Assembly: GCA_963779755.1 (NCBI GenBank)
Contig: CAVZZO010000003.1
Coordinates: 64,001-128,000 of the forward strand
Origin: an uncultured Gemmatimonadales bacterium
Lineage (GTDB): Bacteria > Gemmatimonadota > Gemmatimonadetes > Gemmatimonadales > GWC2-71-9
Reading direction: 5' to 3'
Length of the DNA: 64,000 bases
Positions 25,713-35,240 of this stretch are shown piece after piece. The first letter of the stretch is position 1, and every line of letters starts with the position of its first letter. Under the pieces are notes generated by a model. It was not told where the DNA came from. It worked only from the letters and a program-made list of their open reading frames with translations, and ran no database searches. Made by a program: the position numbers and the translations under genes.

Positions 25713-27235
25713 GCCTGCGCATCCTTACAACCCCGATCGCCGGGGCCGTGGAATGGCCGGAAGAGCGCGCCGGCGGCTTCCCCCCCGAGCTGCTCGACGC
25801 CGTCCTGCAGCCTCCAGGCAGCGAGGCGCTGCTGGCGAAGCTCCGGCAACCCGATGTTCTGGTGGTCACCAGCGGACAGCAGCCGGGCCTCTTTACCGGG
25901 CCGCTCTATGCCGCCTACAAGGCCCTCTCCGCCGCGGCGCTGGCCCGCATGCTGGAGGAGCGCTGGCAACGGCCGGTGCAGGCGATCTTCTGGGTGGCCG
26001 GGGATGATCACGATTTCGCCGAAGCCAATCACGCCGCCTGGCCGGCGCCCGACGGCTCGGTTCGCCAGGTCGTCCTGCGCGAGCGCCCCGCCGAGGCGCC
26101 GCTCACGCCGATGTACCGCGAAACGCTGGGCGCGGCCATCGTCCCCGCACTCCAGATCCTGCGGGACGACCTCGCCGCGACCGAATTCGGCACCGAAATC
26201 CTGGCGGGGCTGGAACGACACTATCGGCCCGAAGCCACCATCGCCGCCGCGGCCGCGGGCGCCCTGGCTGAAATCCTGGCTCCGCAGGGGGTGCTCTGTT
26301 TCGACAGCACGCATCCCGCCGCCAAACGCGGGGCGGCTCGGCACGTGGTCCGGGCACTGGGGCTGAGCCAGGATCTCGATCGCGACCTTGCCCGCCGCAG
26401 CCAGGACCTGGCCGCGATCGGCGAAGATCCCGGCGTCGTCGTGGGGCAGGGGGCAACCCTGGTCATGCTGGAAGCGGCCCAGGGCCGTGATCGCCTGCTG
26501 GTTGACGGAACGTCGCTGGTCACCCGGCGCAGCCGAGAGCGCTTCACGCTCGACGACCTCCAGCGCATCGCGGCCAACCAGCCCGAACGGCTGTCGCCCA
26601 ACGTGCTGCTGCGTCCCGTCATCGAGAGCGCCTTGCTGCCCACCGTGGCCTACATGGCCGGTCCCGGCGAGCTGCGCTACTGGGCGCTCACCCCGCCGGT
26701 GTTTTCCCGCATGCGGATCCACCGGCAGCAGCCCACGCCCCGCTGGAACGGCCTCATCGTCGAGCCGCGGGTGAACCGCGTGCTGGAGAAGTTCGGGACC
26801 GACCTCGACGGCCTGCTGGCACCGGGCAGGCTGGAGCAGCAGGTCATACGCGAGCGTCTGCCACGGCAGGCCCAGGAGGCGCTGGAACGGCTGCGCCAGA
26901 CGCTCACCGCGGAATACGCGGCCCTGGGGGACGCAGCGGTCGGCATCGATCCCACCCTGGAGCAGCCGGTCCGCAAGGTGCGCGATCGCGCGCAACGCGA
27001 GCTGGACCAGGTGGAGCATCGCCTCCTCACCCACCTCAAGCGGCGGGTCGGGACCGAGCTGGGGCAGATCGAGCGTGCCCGCGCCGCCCTCCGGCCGCTG
27101 GACCTGTCCCAGGAACGGGTGTATTGTCTGCCGCCCTACCTGGCGCGTTACGGCCGGGGGCTGCTGCAGGAGCTGGCGGAGGCCTGCCACGGCTGGTATA
27201 CGCAAGCTCTTGCCGCCCAACAACTTCCTTCGTAG
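25709..27235 (+). CDS. bshC: Bacillithiol biosynthesis protein BshC
   Basis: GQQPGLFTGPLY..YK, FWVAGDDHDF, SPNVLLRP, YMAGPGELRYW, QERV. Confidence 0.9.
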   Translation: MSLRILTTPIAGAVEWPEERAGGFPPELLDAVLQPPGSEALLAKLRQPDVLVVTSGQQPGLFTGPLYAAYKALSAAALARMLEERWQRPVQAIFWVAGDDHDFAEANHAAWPAPDGSVRQVVLRERPAEAPLTPMYRETLGAAIVPALQILRDDLAATEFGTEILAGLERHYRPEATIAAAAAGALAEILAPQGVLCFDSTHPAAKRGAARHVVRALGLSQDLDRDLARRSQDLAAIGEDPGVVVGQGATLVMLEAAQGRDRLLVDGTSLVTRRSRERFTLDDLQRIAANQPERLSPNVLLRPVIESALLPTVAYMAGPGELRYWALTPPVFSRMRIHRQQPTPRWNGLIVEPRVNRVLEKFGTDLDGLLAPGRLEQQVIRERLPRQAQEALERLRQTLTAEYAALGDAAVGIDPTLEQPVRKVRDRAQRELDQVEHRLLTHLKRRVGTELGQIERARAALRPLDLSQERVYCLPPYLARYGRGLLQELAEACHGWYTQALAAQQLPS

Positions 27236-27243
27236 ACTCAAGC

Positions 27244-27522
27244 GTGTACCTGCTCGGGCTTATCCTCATCGTCGCGCTCCTGATCCCCATCGTGGGGATC
27301 GTGATCGACTCGCCCATCGGGCGCGCCCTCGCGCGCCGGCTGGAAGGGCCCGAGGCCGTGCCTCCCGACGTGAAGGAGCTGGCCCGGAAGGTGGACCTGC
27401 TGGAGAGCGAAGTGGACGACCTCACCCGGCTGGTACAGTCGCTCCAGGACGAGACCACCTTTCTTCAGCGCCTGCTGGAGGATACCTCGAGCCGGCCCCA
27501 GCTCCCGCCGCAGAGCTCCTGA
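27244..27522 (+). CDS. Small membrane-anchored coiled-coil hypothetical protein
   Basis: One TM helix, SPIGRALARRL, then a heptad coiled coil; normal codon usage. Confidence 0.7.
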   Translation: MYLLGLILIVALLIPIVGIVIDSPIGRALARRLEGPEAVPPDVKELARKVDLLESEVDDLTRLVQSLQDETTFLQRLLEDTSSRPQLPPQSS

Positions 27523-27554
27523 GCCCCCCCTCCGGTCGCCGCCGCCCCGCGCTG

Positions 27555-29090
27555 ATGGTCGCGGCGGGGATCATGTTGAGCCGGCTGCTGGGGCTGGTCC
27601 GTCAGCGCGTCTTCGGTCATTTCCTCGGCACCTCCGCGGCGGCCGACGCCTTCAACGCCGCCTTCCGTATCCCCAACCTGCTGCAGAACCTTTTCGGCGA
27701 GGGCGTGCTGTCGGCGTCCTTCATTCCCGTCTATGCCCGCCTGCTGGCGGATGGGGACGAGCGCGAGGCGGATCGCGTGGCGGGCGCGGTGGCGAGCCTG
27801 CTGGCCGTGGCCACCTCGGTCATCGTGCTGGTGGGGGTCCTGGCAACGCCCATTCTGATCACGCTTATCGCCCCGGGGTTCGAGGGCGAGAAACGGCTGC
27901 AGACCATCCGCATGGTGCGGATTCTCTTCCCGGGCGCGGGACTGCTGGCCATGAGCGCCTGGTGCCTGGGAGTGCTCAACAGCCATCGCCGGTTCTTTCT
28001 CTCCTATGCGGCGCCGGTGGTCTGGAACATCGCCATCATCACCGCATTGCTGTGGTTCGGCGGCCGCACCAGCTCGTACAACCTGGCCGCCGCCACCGCC
28101 TGGGCCTCGGTGGTAGGGAGCGCGCTGCAGTTCGGCGTGCAGCTGCCGGTGGTCTTCACCATCACCGGCCGCCTCCGGCTCAGCCTCGATACCGCCAGCC
28201 GGCACGTCCACACCGTCATCCGCAATTTCGTCCCCGTTTTCCTGGGCCGCGGGGTCTATCAGGTCAGCTCCTACGTGGACATGCTGCTGGCCAGCGCCCT
28301 GCCCACCGGAGCCGTGGCGGGCCTGGGCTATGCCCAGACGCTCTACCTGCTGCCGGTGAGCCTCTTCGGGATGTCGGTCTCGGCCGCGGAACTGCCCGCC
28401 ATGTCCAGCGGAGCCGCCGGGGAAGCCCGGACCGACTTTCTGGCGGCACGGCTCAACTCCGGTCTGCGGCAGATCGCCTTCTTCGTGGTGCCCTCGGCCA
28501 TGGCCTTCCTGGCCCTGGGCGATATCGTTGCCGGGGCGGTGTACCAGTCGGGCGTGTTCACCCACGATGTGACCCTGTATATCTGGGGGATCCTGGCCGG
28601 CTCCGGGGTCGGCCTGCTGGCCTCTACCCTGAGCCGGCTCTATTCCTCGGCCTACTACGCCCTGGGCGATACCCGGACCCCGCTGCGCTACGCTATCGTG
28701 CGGGTGGGGCTCACCCTGATGCTGGGCTATCTCTTTGCATTCCCCCTGCCGGCCGCGCTGCACATCGCCCCCCGCTGGGGGGCCGCGGGGCTGACCGCCT
28801 CGGCCGGCATGGCGGGTTGGGTGGAGTTCACGCTGCTGCGGCGGGGCATGAACGGCCGCATCGGGCTCACGGGGCTTGCGGCCCGGTTTACCATGGGACT
28901 GTGGGCCGCCGCACTGGTCTCGGCGGCGGCGGCACGCTGGGTGGACCGGCTGCTCCCCTTCGTCCATCCGGTCCCGGTGGCGATCCTGGTGCTGGGCACC
29001 TATGGATTCCTGTATCTGGCCCTGGCGTATGGTCTGGGGGGCCCGGAGCTGCGCTCCCTGATCGGGCGCACGCTGCTCCGGCGGGGCTGA
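27555..29090 (+). CDS. murJ: Lipid II flippase MurJ
   Basis: LSRLLGLVR, ADAFNAAFRIPNLL..LFGEG.LSASFIP, YYALGDTRTP. Confidence 0.93.
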   Translation: MVAAGIMLSRLLGLVRQRVFGHFLGTSAAADAFNAAFRIPNLLQNLFGEGVLSASFIPVYARLLADGDEREADRVAGAVASLLAVATSVIVLVGVLATPILITLIAPGFEGEKRLQTIRMVRILFPGAGLLAMSAWCLGVLNSHRRFFLSYAAPVVWNIAIITALLWFGGRTSSYNLAAATAWASVVGSALQFGVQLPVVFTITGRLRLSLDTASRHVHTVIRNFVPVFLGRGVYQVSSYVDMLLASALPTGAVAGLGYAQTLYLLPVSLFGMSVSAAELPAMSSGAAGEARTDFLAARLNSGLRQIAFFVVPSAMAFLALGDIVAGAVYQSGVFTHDVTLYIWGILAGSGVGLLASTLSRLYSSAYYALGDTRTPLRYAIVRVGLTLMLGYLFAFPLPAALHIAPRWGAAGLTASAGMAGWVEFTLLRRGMNGRIGLTGLAARFTMGLWAAALVSAAAARWVDRLLPFVHPVPVAILVLGTYGFLYLALAYGLGGPELRSLIGRTLLRRG

Positions 29091-29107
29091 CGCGGTTTTC
29101 AGGCGGA

Positions 29108-30922
29108 ATGATGGTCGTGGAAATTTCCGAACAGCTGCAGCGCAAAATCGACACCCTGCCCGACGCGCCCGGCGTGTACCTGTGGAAGGACCGCCAGGGA
29201 GCCGTCCTGTACGTGGGCAAGGCCAAGCGCCTGCGCAGCCGTGTCCGGAATTATCTCAGCGCCGATTTCAGCACCAGCCCCAAGAACCAGCTCCTGGTCC
29301 GCCTGATCGACGACGTGGAGACTATCGTCGTCCCCAGCGAAGCGCAGTCCCTCCTGCTGGAAAACAACCTGATCAAGGAACACCAGCCGCGCTTCAACGT
29401 TCGTCTCAAGGACGACAAGAGCTATCCCTCGATTGCGGTGACCCTGCGGGAGCCGTTCCCCCGCGTACTGGTCACCCGGCGGCGCGATCTCGAAGGGGCG
29501 CGCTATTTCGGCCCCTATACCGACGTGGCCGACATGCGCCGCCTGCTGGCGCTGATCCGCCGCATCTTTACCGTGCGCAGTTGCGCAGACGACCTGCCGC
29601 GGGAGCGCCGGGAGCGGCCCTGCCTCGACTTCTATATCGGCCGCTGCCTCGCGCCCTGCGTCGGCTGGCAGGATGAGACCGATTACCGGCGCATGATCGG
29701 CGATGTGCTCCGGGTGCTGGAGGGCCGCACCGTGGACGTGCGCAGCCGGGTCCGGGTACTGATGCAGGAGGCCAGTGATCGCGAAGACTACGAACGCGCG
29801 GCCCAGTTGCGCGACACTCTCAAGTGGCTGGAGCAGCTGGAGGCGCCCGCTGCCGTGGAAACCGTGGGCGGCGGTGACGCCGACGTCATTGGCCTGGCGC
29901 ACGACGGCGACGACGCGGTGGCCGTGCTGCTGCGGGTGCGCGAAGGCAAGGTGCTGATGCGGGAGCAGCGCTTCCTCGAGAACGTGGCAGAGGAGGAAGA
30001 CGCGGCCCTCCTGAGCGCGTTCCTGGTCCGCTACTACGTTCCGGCCGAGGGGCGGGCCCGCCGCCTGGTGCTCCCGTTCCCGCCGGAAGACCGGGCCGGT
30101 CTGGAGGCGCTGCTGCCCGGAGTGGAGCTGGTGGTGCCCCAGCGAGGGCGCATGCATCGGCTGCGCGAGCTGGCCGATCAGAACGCCCGGCATCTGCTGG
30201 AGAGTCTCCGTATCGAGAGCTTCGAAACCGACCAGCGCGCGTTGGATCCGGTCTACGCCCTGGGGCGCGACCTGGGACTCAGCCGGGTGCCCCGCAGCCT
30301 CATCTGCGTGGATATCTCCACCAGCCAGGGACGGGATACCGTGGGCTCGCTGGTGTGGTTCGAGGCCGGCCGGCCGCGAAAGAGCGAGTATCGAAAATTC
30401 CGGATCAAGGGGCTCGCCCAGCAGGACGATTTCGCGGCGATCCACGAAGTGCTCACCCGCTACCTCCGGCGACGCCGGGAGGAGCGGAAGCCGCTGCCCG
30501 ACCTCATCGTGATCGACGGGGGCAAGGGACAACTCGGTGCGGCCACGGATGCGGCGGTGGCGGAAGGCGTGACCGAAGTCCCCATTATCAGTCTCGCCAA
30601 ACGGGAGGAAGAAGTATTCCTCCCCGGGCGGAGTGAGAGCCTCCGGCTCTCCCGCCGCAGTCCGTCGCTGCAGCTGCTGCAGCGGGCCCGCGACGAAGCC
30701 CATCGGTTCGGCGTGGCCTACAATCGCCAGCGGCGGAAGGCCCGCACCATCACGTCCGAGCTGCTGGAAATACCCGCCATCGGCAGCACGCGGCGCCGCC
30801 GGCTGCTGGAGCACTTCGGCAGCCTGGCCGGCGTCCGCTCGGCCACGGTCGAGGAAATCGCCTCCGTTCCGGGGTTCTCCCGGGCACTTGCCGAACGCGT
30901 GCTTCAACACCTCAAGGAGTAG
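29108..30922 (+). CDS. uvrC: Excinuclease ABC subunit C
   Basis: PGVYLW..YVGKAKRLRSRV (GIY-YIG), DDKSYP, DIS, IDGGKGQ, RDEAHRF, HhH. Confidence 0.95.
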   Translation: MMVVEISEQLQRKIDTLPDAPGVYLWKDRQGAVLYVGKAKRLRSRVRNYLSADFSTSPKNQLLVRLIDDVETIVVPSEAQSLLLENNLIKEHQPRFNVRLKDDKSYPSIAVTLREPFPRVLVTRRRDLEGARYFGPYTDVADMRRLLALIRRIFTVRSCADDLPRERRERPCLDFYIGRCLAPCVGWQDETDYRRMIGDVLRVLEGRTVDVRSRVRVLMQEASDREDYERAAQLRDTLKWLEQLEAPAAVETVGGGDADVIGLAHDGDDAVAVLLRVREGKVLMREQRFLENVAEEEDAALLSAFLVRYYVPAEGRARRLVLPFPPEDRAGLEALLPGVELVVPQRGRMHRLRELADQNARHLLESLRIESFETDQRALDPVYALGRDLGLSRVPRSLICVDISTSQGRDTVGSLVWFEAGRPRKSEYRKFRIKGLAQQDDFAAIHEVLTRYLRRRREERKPLPDLIVIDGGKGQLGAATDAAVAEGVTEVPIISLAKREEEVFLPGRSESLRLSRRSPSLQLLQRARDEAHRFGVAYNRQRRKARTITSELLEIPAIGSTRRRRLLEHFGSLAGVRSATVEEIASVPGFSRALAERVLQHLKE

Positions 30923-30999
30923 GAATCGGACACCCGGGATGGAGGAATGACGGAGTCCCCGTTCCATTTCTGATTCCCGGCTCCGGATGCCTGATCGTC

Positions 31000-32163
31000 A
31001 TGGACTGGATCCTCGAATGCGCCGCCTGCGGCGCCACGGCCGAGCCCACCGGCCTCCCCACCGTGTGCCCCTGCGGCCAGCCCTGGCTGGTCCGCTATCC
31101 TCACCGCCACCCCAGCATCCGCGACCGGGCCGAGGTGCGGCGGGGGCAGGGAATGTGGCGCTTCCGCGCCCTGCTGCCGGTCGATCCGGGAGAAGAACCG
31201 GTCACACTGGGGGAAGGTGACACGCCGCTGCTGGCGCTGCGCCGCACCGGCGCACGCCTGGGATTGCCGGATCTGCATCTCAAGGACGAAGGCTGCAACC
31301 CTACCGGGTCGTTCAAGGCTCGCGGCCTCAGCGCCGCGATTACCCGGGCCGTCGCCGCGGGAGCCAGCAGATTTGTGATTCCCACCGCCGGCAATGCGGG
31401 AGTCGCCGCGTCCGCCTACGCCGCCCGCGCCGGCGTGTCTGTCCGGGTATTCGCCCCCGCCTCCACGCCGCCCCTGATTCTGTCGCAGATCGTGTCCTTC
31501 GGGGGAGACCTTGTCCGGCTGGAGGGACATATCGGTGACTGCGGGAAGGCGGCCAGAGCCTGGGCAGCCGAGACCGGGGCGGTGGATCTCTCGACCCTGC
31601 GTGAGCCTTACCGTATCGAAGGCAAAAAGACGCTCGGTATGGAGCTTGCCCTTCAGTTGGACTGGACCGTGCCCGCGGCCATCATCTACCCCACGGGCGG
31701 CGGCACTGGACTGATCGGCATGTGGAAGGCATTCCAGGAACTGCGGGACATCGGCTGGATCGCGGGCGACCTGCCCCGGATGTTCAGCGTGCAGTCCACC
31801 GGGTGCGCACCGGTGGTCGCGGCCTTTCGCGAAGGACGTGAGCACGCGGAGACCTGGCCGGACCCGCGCACCGCTGCCGCCGGACTCCGGGTGCCGGGCC
31901 CGCTGGGAGACCGGCTGATGCTGGCGGCCTTGCGGGAGAGCGGCGGGGGCGCGGTGGAAATCGAAGACCCGGTGTTGTTGGAGTCGGCCCGGCGCGGTAT
32001 GGCCGAAGAGGGAGTGGATATCTCCCCCGAAGGGGGAGCGACGCTGGCCGCCGCCGCCGTATTGCGGGAGCGGGGCGCCCTGTCCCCGGAGGATCGGGTG
32101 GTGGTGTTCAACACCGGCGCGGGATGGCTGTACCGGACCCCGCAGGGTTGGTCAGAAAGCTAG
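31000..32163 (+). CDS. thrC: Threonine synthase (PLP)
   Basis: TLGEGDTPL, NPTGSFKARG, TAGNAG, YRIEGKKT, YPTGGGTG. Confidence 0.85.
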   Translation: MDWILECAACGATAEPTGLPTVCPCGQPWLVRYPHRHPSIRDRAEVRRGQGMWRFRALLPVDPGEEPVTLGEGDTPLLALRRTGARLGLPDLHLKDEGCNPTGSFKARGLSAAITRAVAAGASRFVIPTAGNAGVAASAYAARAGVSVRVFAPASTPPLILSQIVSFGGDLVRLEGHIGDCGKAARAWAAETGAVDLSTLREPYRIEGKKTLGMELALQLDWTVPAAIIYPTGGGTGLIGMWKAFQELRDIGWIAGDLPRMFSVQSTGCAPVVAAFREGREHAETWPDPRTAAAGLRVPGPLGDRLMLAALRESGGGAVEIEDPVLLESARRGMAEEGVDISPEGGATLAAAAVLRERGALSPEDRVVVFNTGAGWLYRTPQGWSES

Positions 32164-32178
32164 ATCGGAGCATATTTC

Positions 32179-33447
32179 ATGGTTATGCCGGACGTGCGCT
32201 TCGCCATCCTCGACCCCGCTGCCGGTGTGAGCGGTGACATGCTCCTCGGAGCCCTGCTCGACGCGGGGGCCCCGCCGGAGTGGCTCACGTCGCTTCCTGA
32301 ACGGCTCGGGCTCGAGGGAGTGCAGGTGGAGCTTTCCCGGGTGAGCCGCGGCGGTATCGAATGCGCCCGGGTGGTGGTGCGGCTGCCTGGAGGAGAGAGC
32401 GAAGGCCCGGCCGAGCCGGTATCGGCGCCGGATCAGCCTGAGCCGAGAGGCCATACCCACGAGGGGGCACACCGGCACGTAGGCGAACTGCTGGAGATCA
32501 TCGCCCGAGCTCCGCTGTCGGAACGGGTCAGGGCACAGGCCACCCGCGCCTTCCGGCTCCTGGGTGAGGCCGAAGGGCGGGTACACGGAGTCCCTGCCGA
32601 ACGGGTGGCGTTGCACGAGGTCGGGGCCACCGACGCGCTGGTCGATATCGTCGGCGCGATCGAGGGATTCGAACGGCTGGGACTGGCGCGGGTGCATCAT
32701 CGCCCGGTCGCTCTCGGAAGCGGCTGGGTTCGGGCGGCACATGGCATCCTGCCGGTTCCGGCACCCGCCACCGCGCACCTGCTGGAAGGCATGGAGGTCG
32801 CCACCGGGGGGCCCGTTACGGGCGAGGCAACCACCCCCACCGGGGCGGTGCTGCTGCGAGTGCTCTCGGCCGGCCCCGCGCCCGCCCGCTGGCGCATGGT
32901 ACGGACCGCCTGGGGGGCCGGAACCCGGGACCCGGCCGGCTGGCCCAACGCGCTCCGGCTGGTGGTGGCTGAGCCGGCGGGAGAGGCCGGGGAGGTCGTG
33001 ACCCTGGCCACGGACCTCGATGACCTGGCACCGGAATACTTGGAGCCGCTGCGCGAGGCCCTGGCGGCCGCCGGTGCCCTCGATGTCCAGGTCTGGGCGA
33101 CGCAGATGAAAAAGGGCCGGATCGGGTTCCGGCTCGAGGCGCTCGCGGCACCCGCCATGGCCGATGCGGTGGCCCAGGCGCTCTTCCGCCACAGCACCAC
33201 GGCGGGCCTGCGGCGCTGGACCGCCGAACGGGTGACCCTGCCGCGCGAGACGCGCGAGGTCCGGTTGGCGGGCGGAGACACCGTGCGGGTGAAGCTGCTG
33301 CACGGACCCGGCGGCCCGCGGGCCAAGGCCGAATACGACGATATCGCCGCCCTGGCACGGCGCCTGGGCCGGCCGGCGGACGAGTTGGCGCGCGAGGCGC
33401 AGGCCCGGGCGCTCGGCCAGTGGATCGAGCGGGAGGGGCGGGGATGA
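32179..33447 (+). CDS. larC: Nickel-pincer cofactor Ni insertase LarC
   Basis: GVSGDMLLGALLD, AEGRVHG, HEVGATDALVDIVG, HGILPVPAPAT, TPTG, MKKGR. Confidence 0.88.
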   Translation: MVMPDVRFAILDPAAGVSGDMLLGALLDAGAPPEWLTSLPERLGLEGVQVELSRVSRGGIECARVVVRLPGGESEGPAEPVSAPDQPEPRGHTHEGAHRHVGELLEIIARAPLSERVRAQATRAFRLLGEAEGRVHGVPAERVALHEVGATDALVDIVGAIEGFERLGLARVHHRPVALGSGWVRAAHGILPVPAPATAHLLEGMEVATGGPVTGEATTPTGAVLLRVLSAGPAPARWRMVRTAWGAGTRDPAGWPNALRLVVAEPAGEAGEVVTLATDLDDLAPEYLEPLREALAAAGALDVQVWATQMKKGRIGFRLEALAAPAMADAVAQALFRHSTTAGLRRWTAERVTLPRETREVRLAGGDTVRVKLLHGPGGPRAKAEYDDIAALARRLGRPADELAREAQARALGQWIEREGRG

Positions 33448-33470
33448 TTCTCTCGAACAAAGGAGCAGTG

Positions 33471-34925
33471 ATGATTCGCGCGGTATGGACGGCACTTCTT
33501 GCGGCGGGGGCCACGGCGCCCCTGATGGCGCAGCAGCCCGCCCAGGCCAGTCTGGCGACGCAGATCAGCCAGACGCAGCCGCAGGTCTATTCGACGCCGG
33601 AATGCGAGCTGAACGACGACCAGTTCATGGTGAAGTCGGGCCGCACCTACATCAAGTCCTACCTGAGCGCCAAAAACGAGGCCGCGAAGCCCGGGTTGCT
33701 GGATAACTCCGAGCGGGTCATCCTCAAGGCCATCAACGAACAGGGCCAGGGCGACGTGGCCGGCTCCTGGTACTGGCTGGGCCGGGTCTATCTCTACCGG
33801 GGCGACATCGCCGGCGCCGACTCGGCGCTCTCCAAGGCCCTGGCCAAGGCGCCGGGATGCAAGGAGCCGATCGACAACCTGCGCAAGCGCGCCTATGCCG
33901 TGCTGCTCAAGAATGCCGACCAGATGGAAAAGAGCGGCAACCTCGATTCAGCGCTCGCGCTGAACCGCATGGCGGCGCACTTCCTGCCCTCGGAGCCCTA
34001 TGCGCCGCAGAGCATGGGGGTGCTGTACTTCGAGAAGAAGCAGTACGACAGCGCGGCCGCGGCGTTCGAGCAGGCCACGGCGGCCGCCGAGCCCCGTGCC
34101 GCGACTGACTCCGACTATGCCAAGATCCGCAACCGGGCGCTGTTCAACCTGGGTGCGGCCTATCAGAACGCCGGCAAGCCCAAGGAGGCCGCCGAAGCGT
34201 TCGGCCGCTTCCTCCGCTGGTCGCCGGGCGACAAGGACGTCATGAAGGCGCTGGCCACATCGCTCCGCGCGTCGGGCCAGGTGGACAGCGCCCAGAAGAT
34301 TGAATCCCAGATGCTCTCCACCATCCAGGAGGGTGGGGAGGCGGCCGAAAACATGTCGGCCAATGACGCGTTCGATCTGGGCGTCAACGCCATCAATGAC
34401 AAGAAGTACGACGCCGCCGCCCAGGCCTTTCACAAGGTCCTGGAGAAGGAGCCGCACAACCGCGGCGCGACCTTCAACCTGGCGACGGCCTACTACAATT
34501 TGAAGAATGCCGACAGCCTCACCGCCGTCGCTCGGCGGCTGGTCGAGCACGAGCCCATGAATCAGTCCAACCTGCGGCTGCTGGCCCAGGGCTTCCAGCT
34601 CAACAAACAGCAGGATAGCGTGCTGCACTACGTCACCGCACTGATCGGGCTCCCGGCGACGATCGACATCAGCAAGTTCCAGCCGACCGGCTCGGGCGCC
34701 ATCCTTAACGCTCAGGCCAAGGGACTGCAGGCCCAGAACGCCACCGGCAACAAGACCGTGCCGCCCCAGGCGTTTACCCTGGTGTTCGAATTCCAGAACG
34801 ACTCGGGCGCCGTGGTGGACAGCGGGGAAGTGCAGATCAACGCCCTCAAGCCCGGGGAAACCCAGGCCTTTAACCTCGAGGCGACCGGCGAAGGCATCGT
34901 GGACTTCAGCTATCACCGGAAGTAG
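33471..34925 (+). CDS. Exported TPR-repeat protein
   Basis: AAGGAG RBS, signal peptide, multiple TPR motifs (ALFNLGAAY, ATFNLATAYY), beta-rich C-terminus. Confidence 0.8.
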   Translation: MIRAVWTALLAAGATAPLMAQQPAQASLATQISQTQPQVYSTPECELNDDQFMVKSGRTYIKSYLSAKNEAAKPGLLDNSERVILKAINEQGQGDVAGSWYWLGRVYLYRGDIAGADSALSKALAKAPGCKEPIDNLRKRAYAVLLKNADQMEKSGNLDSALALNRMAAHFLPSEPYAPQSMGVLYFEKKQYDSAAAAFEQATAAAEPRAATDSDYAKIRNRALFNLGAAYQNAGKPKEAAEAFGRFLRWSPGDKDVMKALATSLRASGQVDSAQKIESQMLSTIQEGGEAAENMSANDAFDLGVNAINDKKYDAAAQAFHKVLEKEPHNRGATFNLATAYYNLKNADSLTAVARRLVEHEPMNQSNLRLLAQGFQLNKQQDSVLHYVTALIGLPATIDISKFQPTGSGAILNAQAKGLQAQNATGNKTVPPQAFTLVFEFQNDSGAVVDSGEVQINALKPGETQAFNLEATGEGIVDFSYHRK

Positions 34926-34933
34926 CATGAACA

Positions 34934-34991
34934 GAGACCAGGGATAAGGGATACGAGACCTCCTTATCCCTGGTCCCTTATCCCTGGTCCC
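34934..34991. repeat. 7-mer repeat hairpin
   Basis: GACCAGGGATAAGG (34936-34949) pairs with CCTTATCCCTGGTC (34962-34975); the right arm is duplicated in tandem. Confidence 0.8.
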
Positions 34992-35001
34992 GTGTGTCCG
35001 G

Positions 35002-35030
35002 TTGACACTCCCCTTCCGGCCGGTGAGATT
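35002..35030 (+). promoter_or_regulatory. sigma70-type promoter for tRNA-Gly
   Basis: TTGACA, 17-nt spacer, GAGATT ending 10 nt before the tRNA. Confidence 0.55.
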
Positions 35031-35039
35031 TCCGGTCCC

Positions 35040-35111
<72 letters not shown>

Positions 35112-35126
35112 CTCCCGCCCCCCCCC

Positions 35127-35158
35127 GCCGCCGGCGATACTGACCCGGCGGCTTTTTT
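35127..35158 (+). terminator. Intrinsic terminator after tRNA-Gly
   Basis: GCCGCCGG/CCGGCGGC stem followed by T6. Confidence 0.85.
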
Positions 35159-35240
35159 CACGCCCGGCTCACGATTCCTCCACACCGCGAGTTCTAGCAT
35201 TGGGTGGTACGAATTCCTCACTTCCTCCGAGGCGCCACCC

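Noticed and set aside
27962..29107. Apparent long N-terminal extensions in the ORF track (uvrC, also mcsB, lpxA, bshC, der, pilin, pirin)
   Set aside because: Artefacts of first-start ORF calling; the true starts abut the upstream stops
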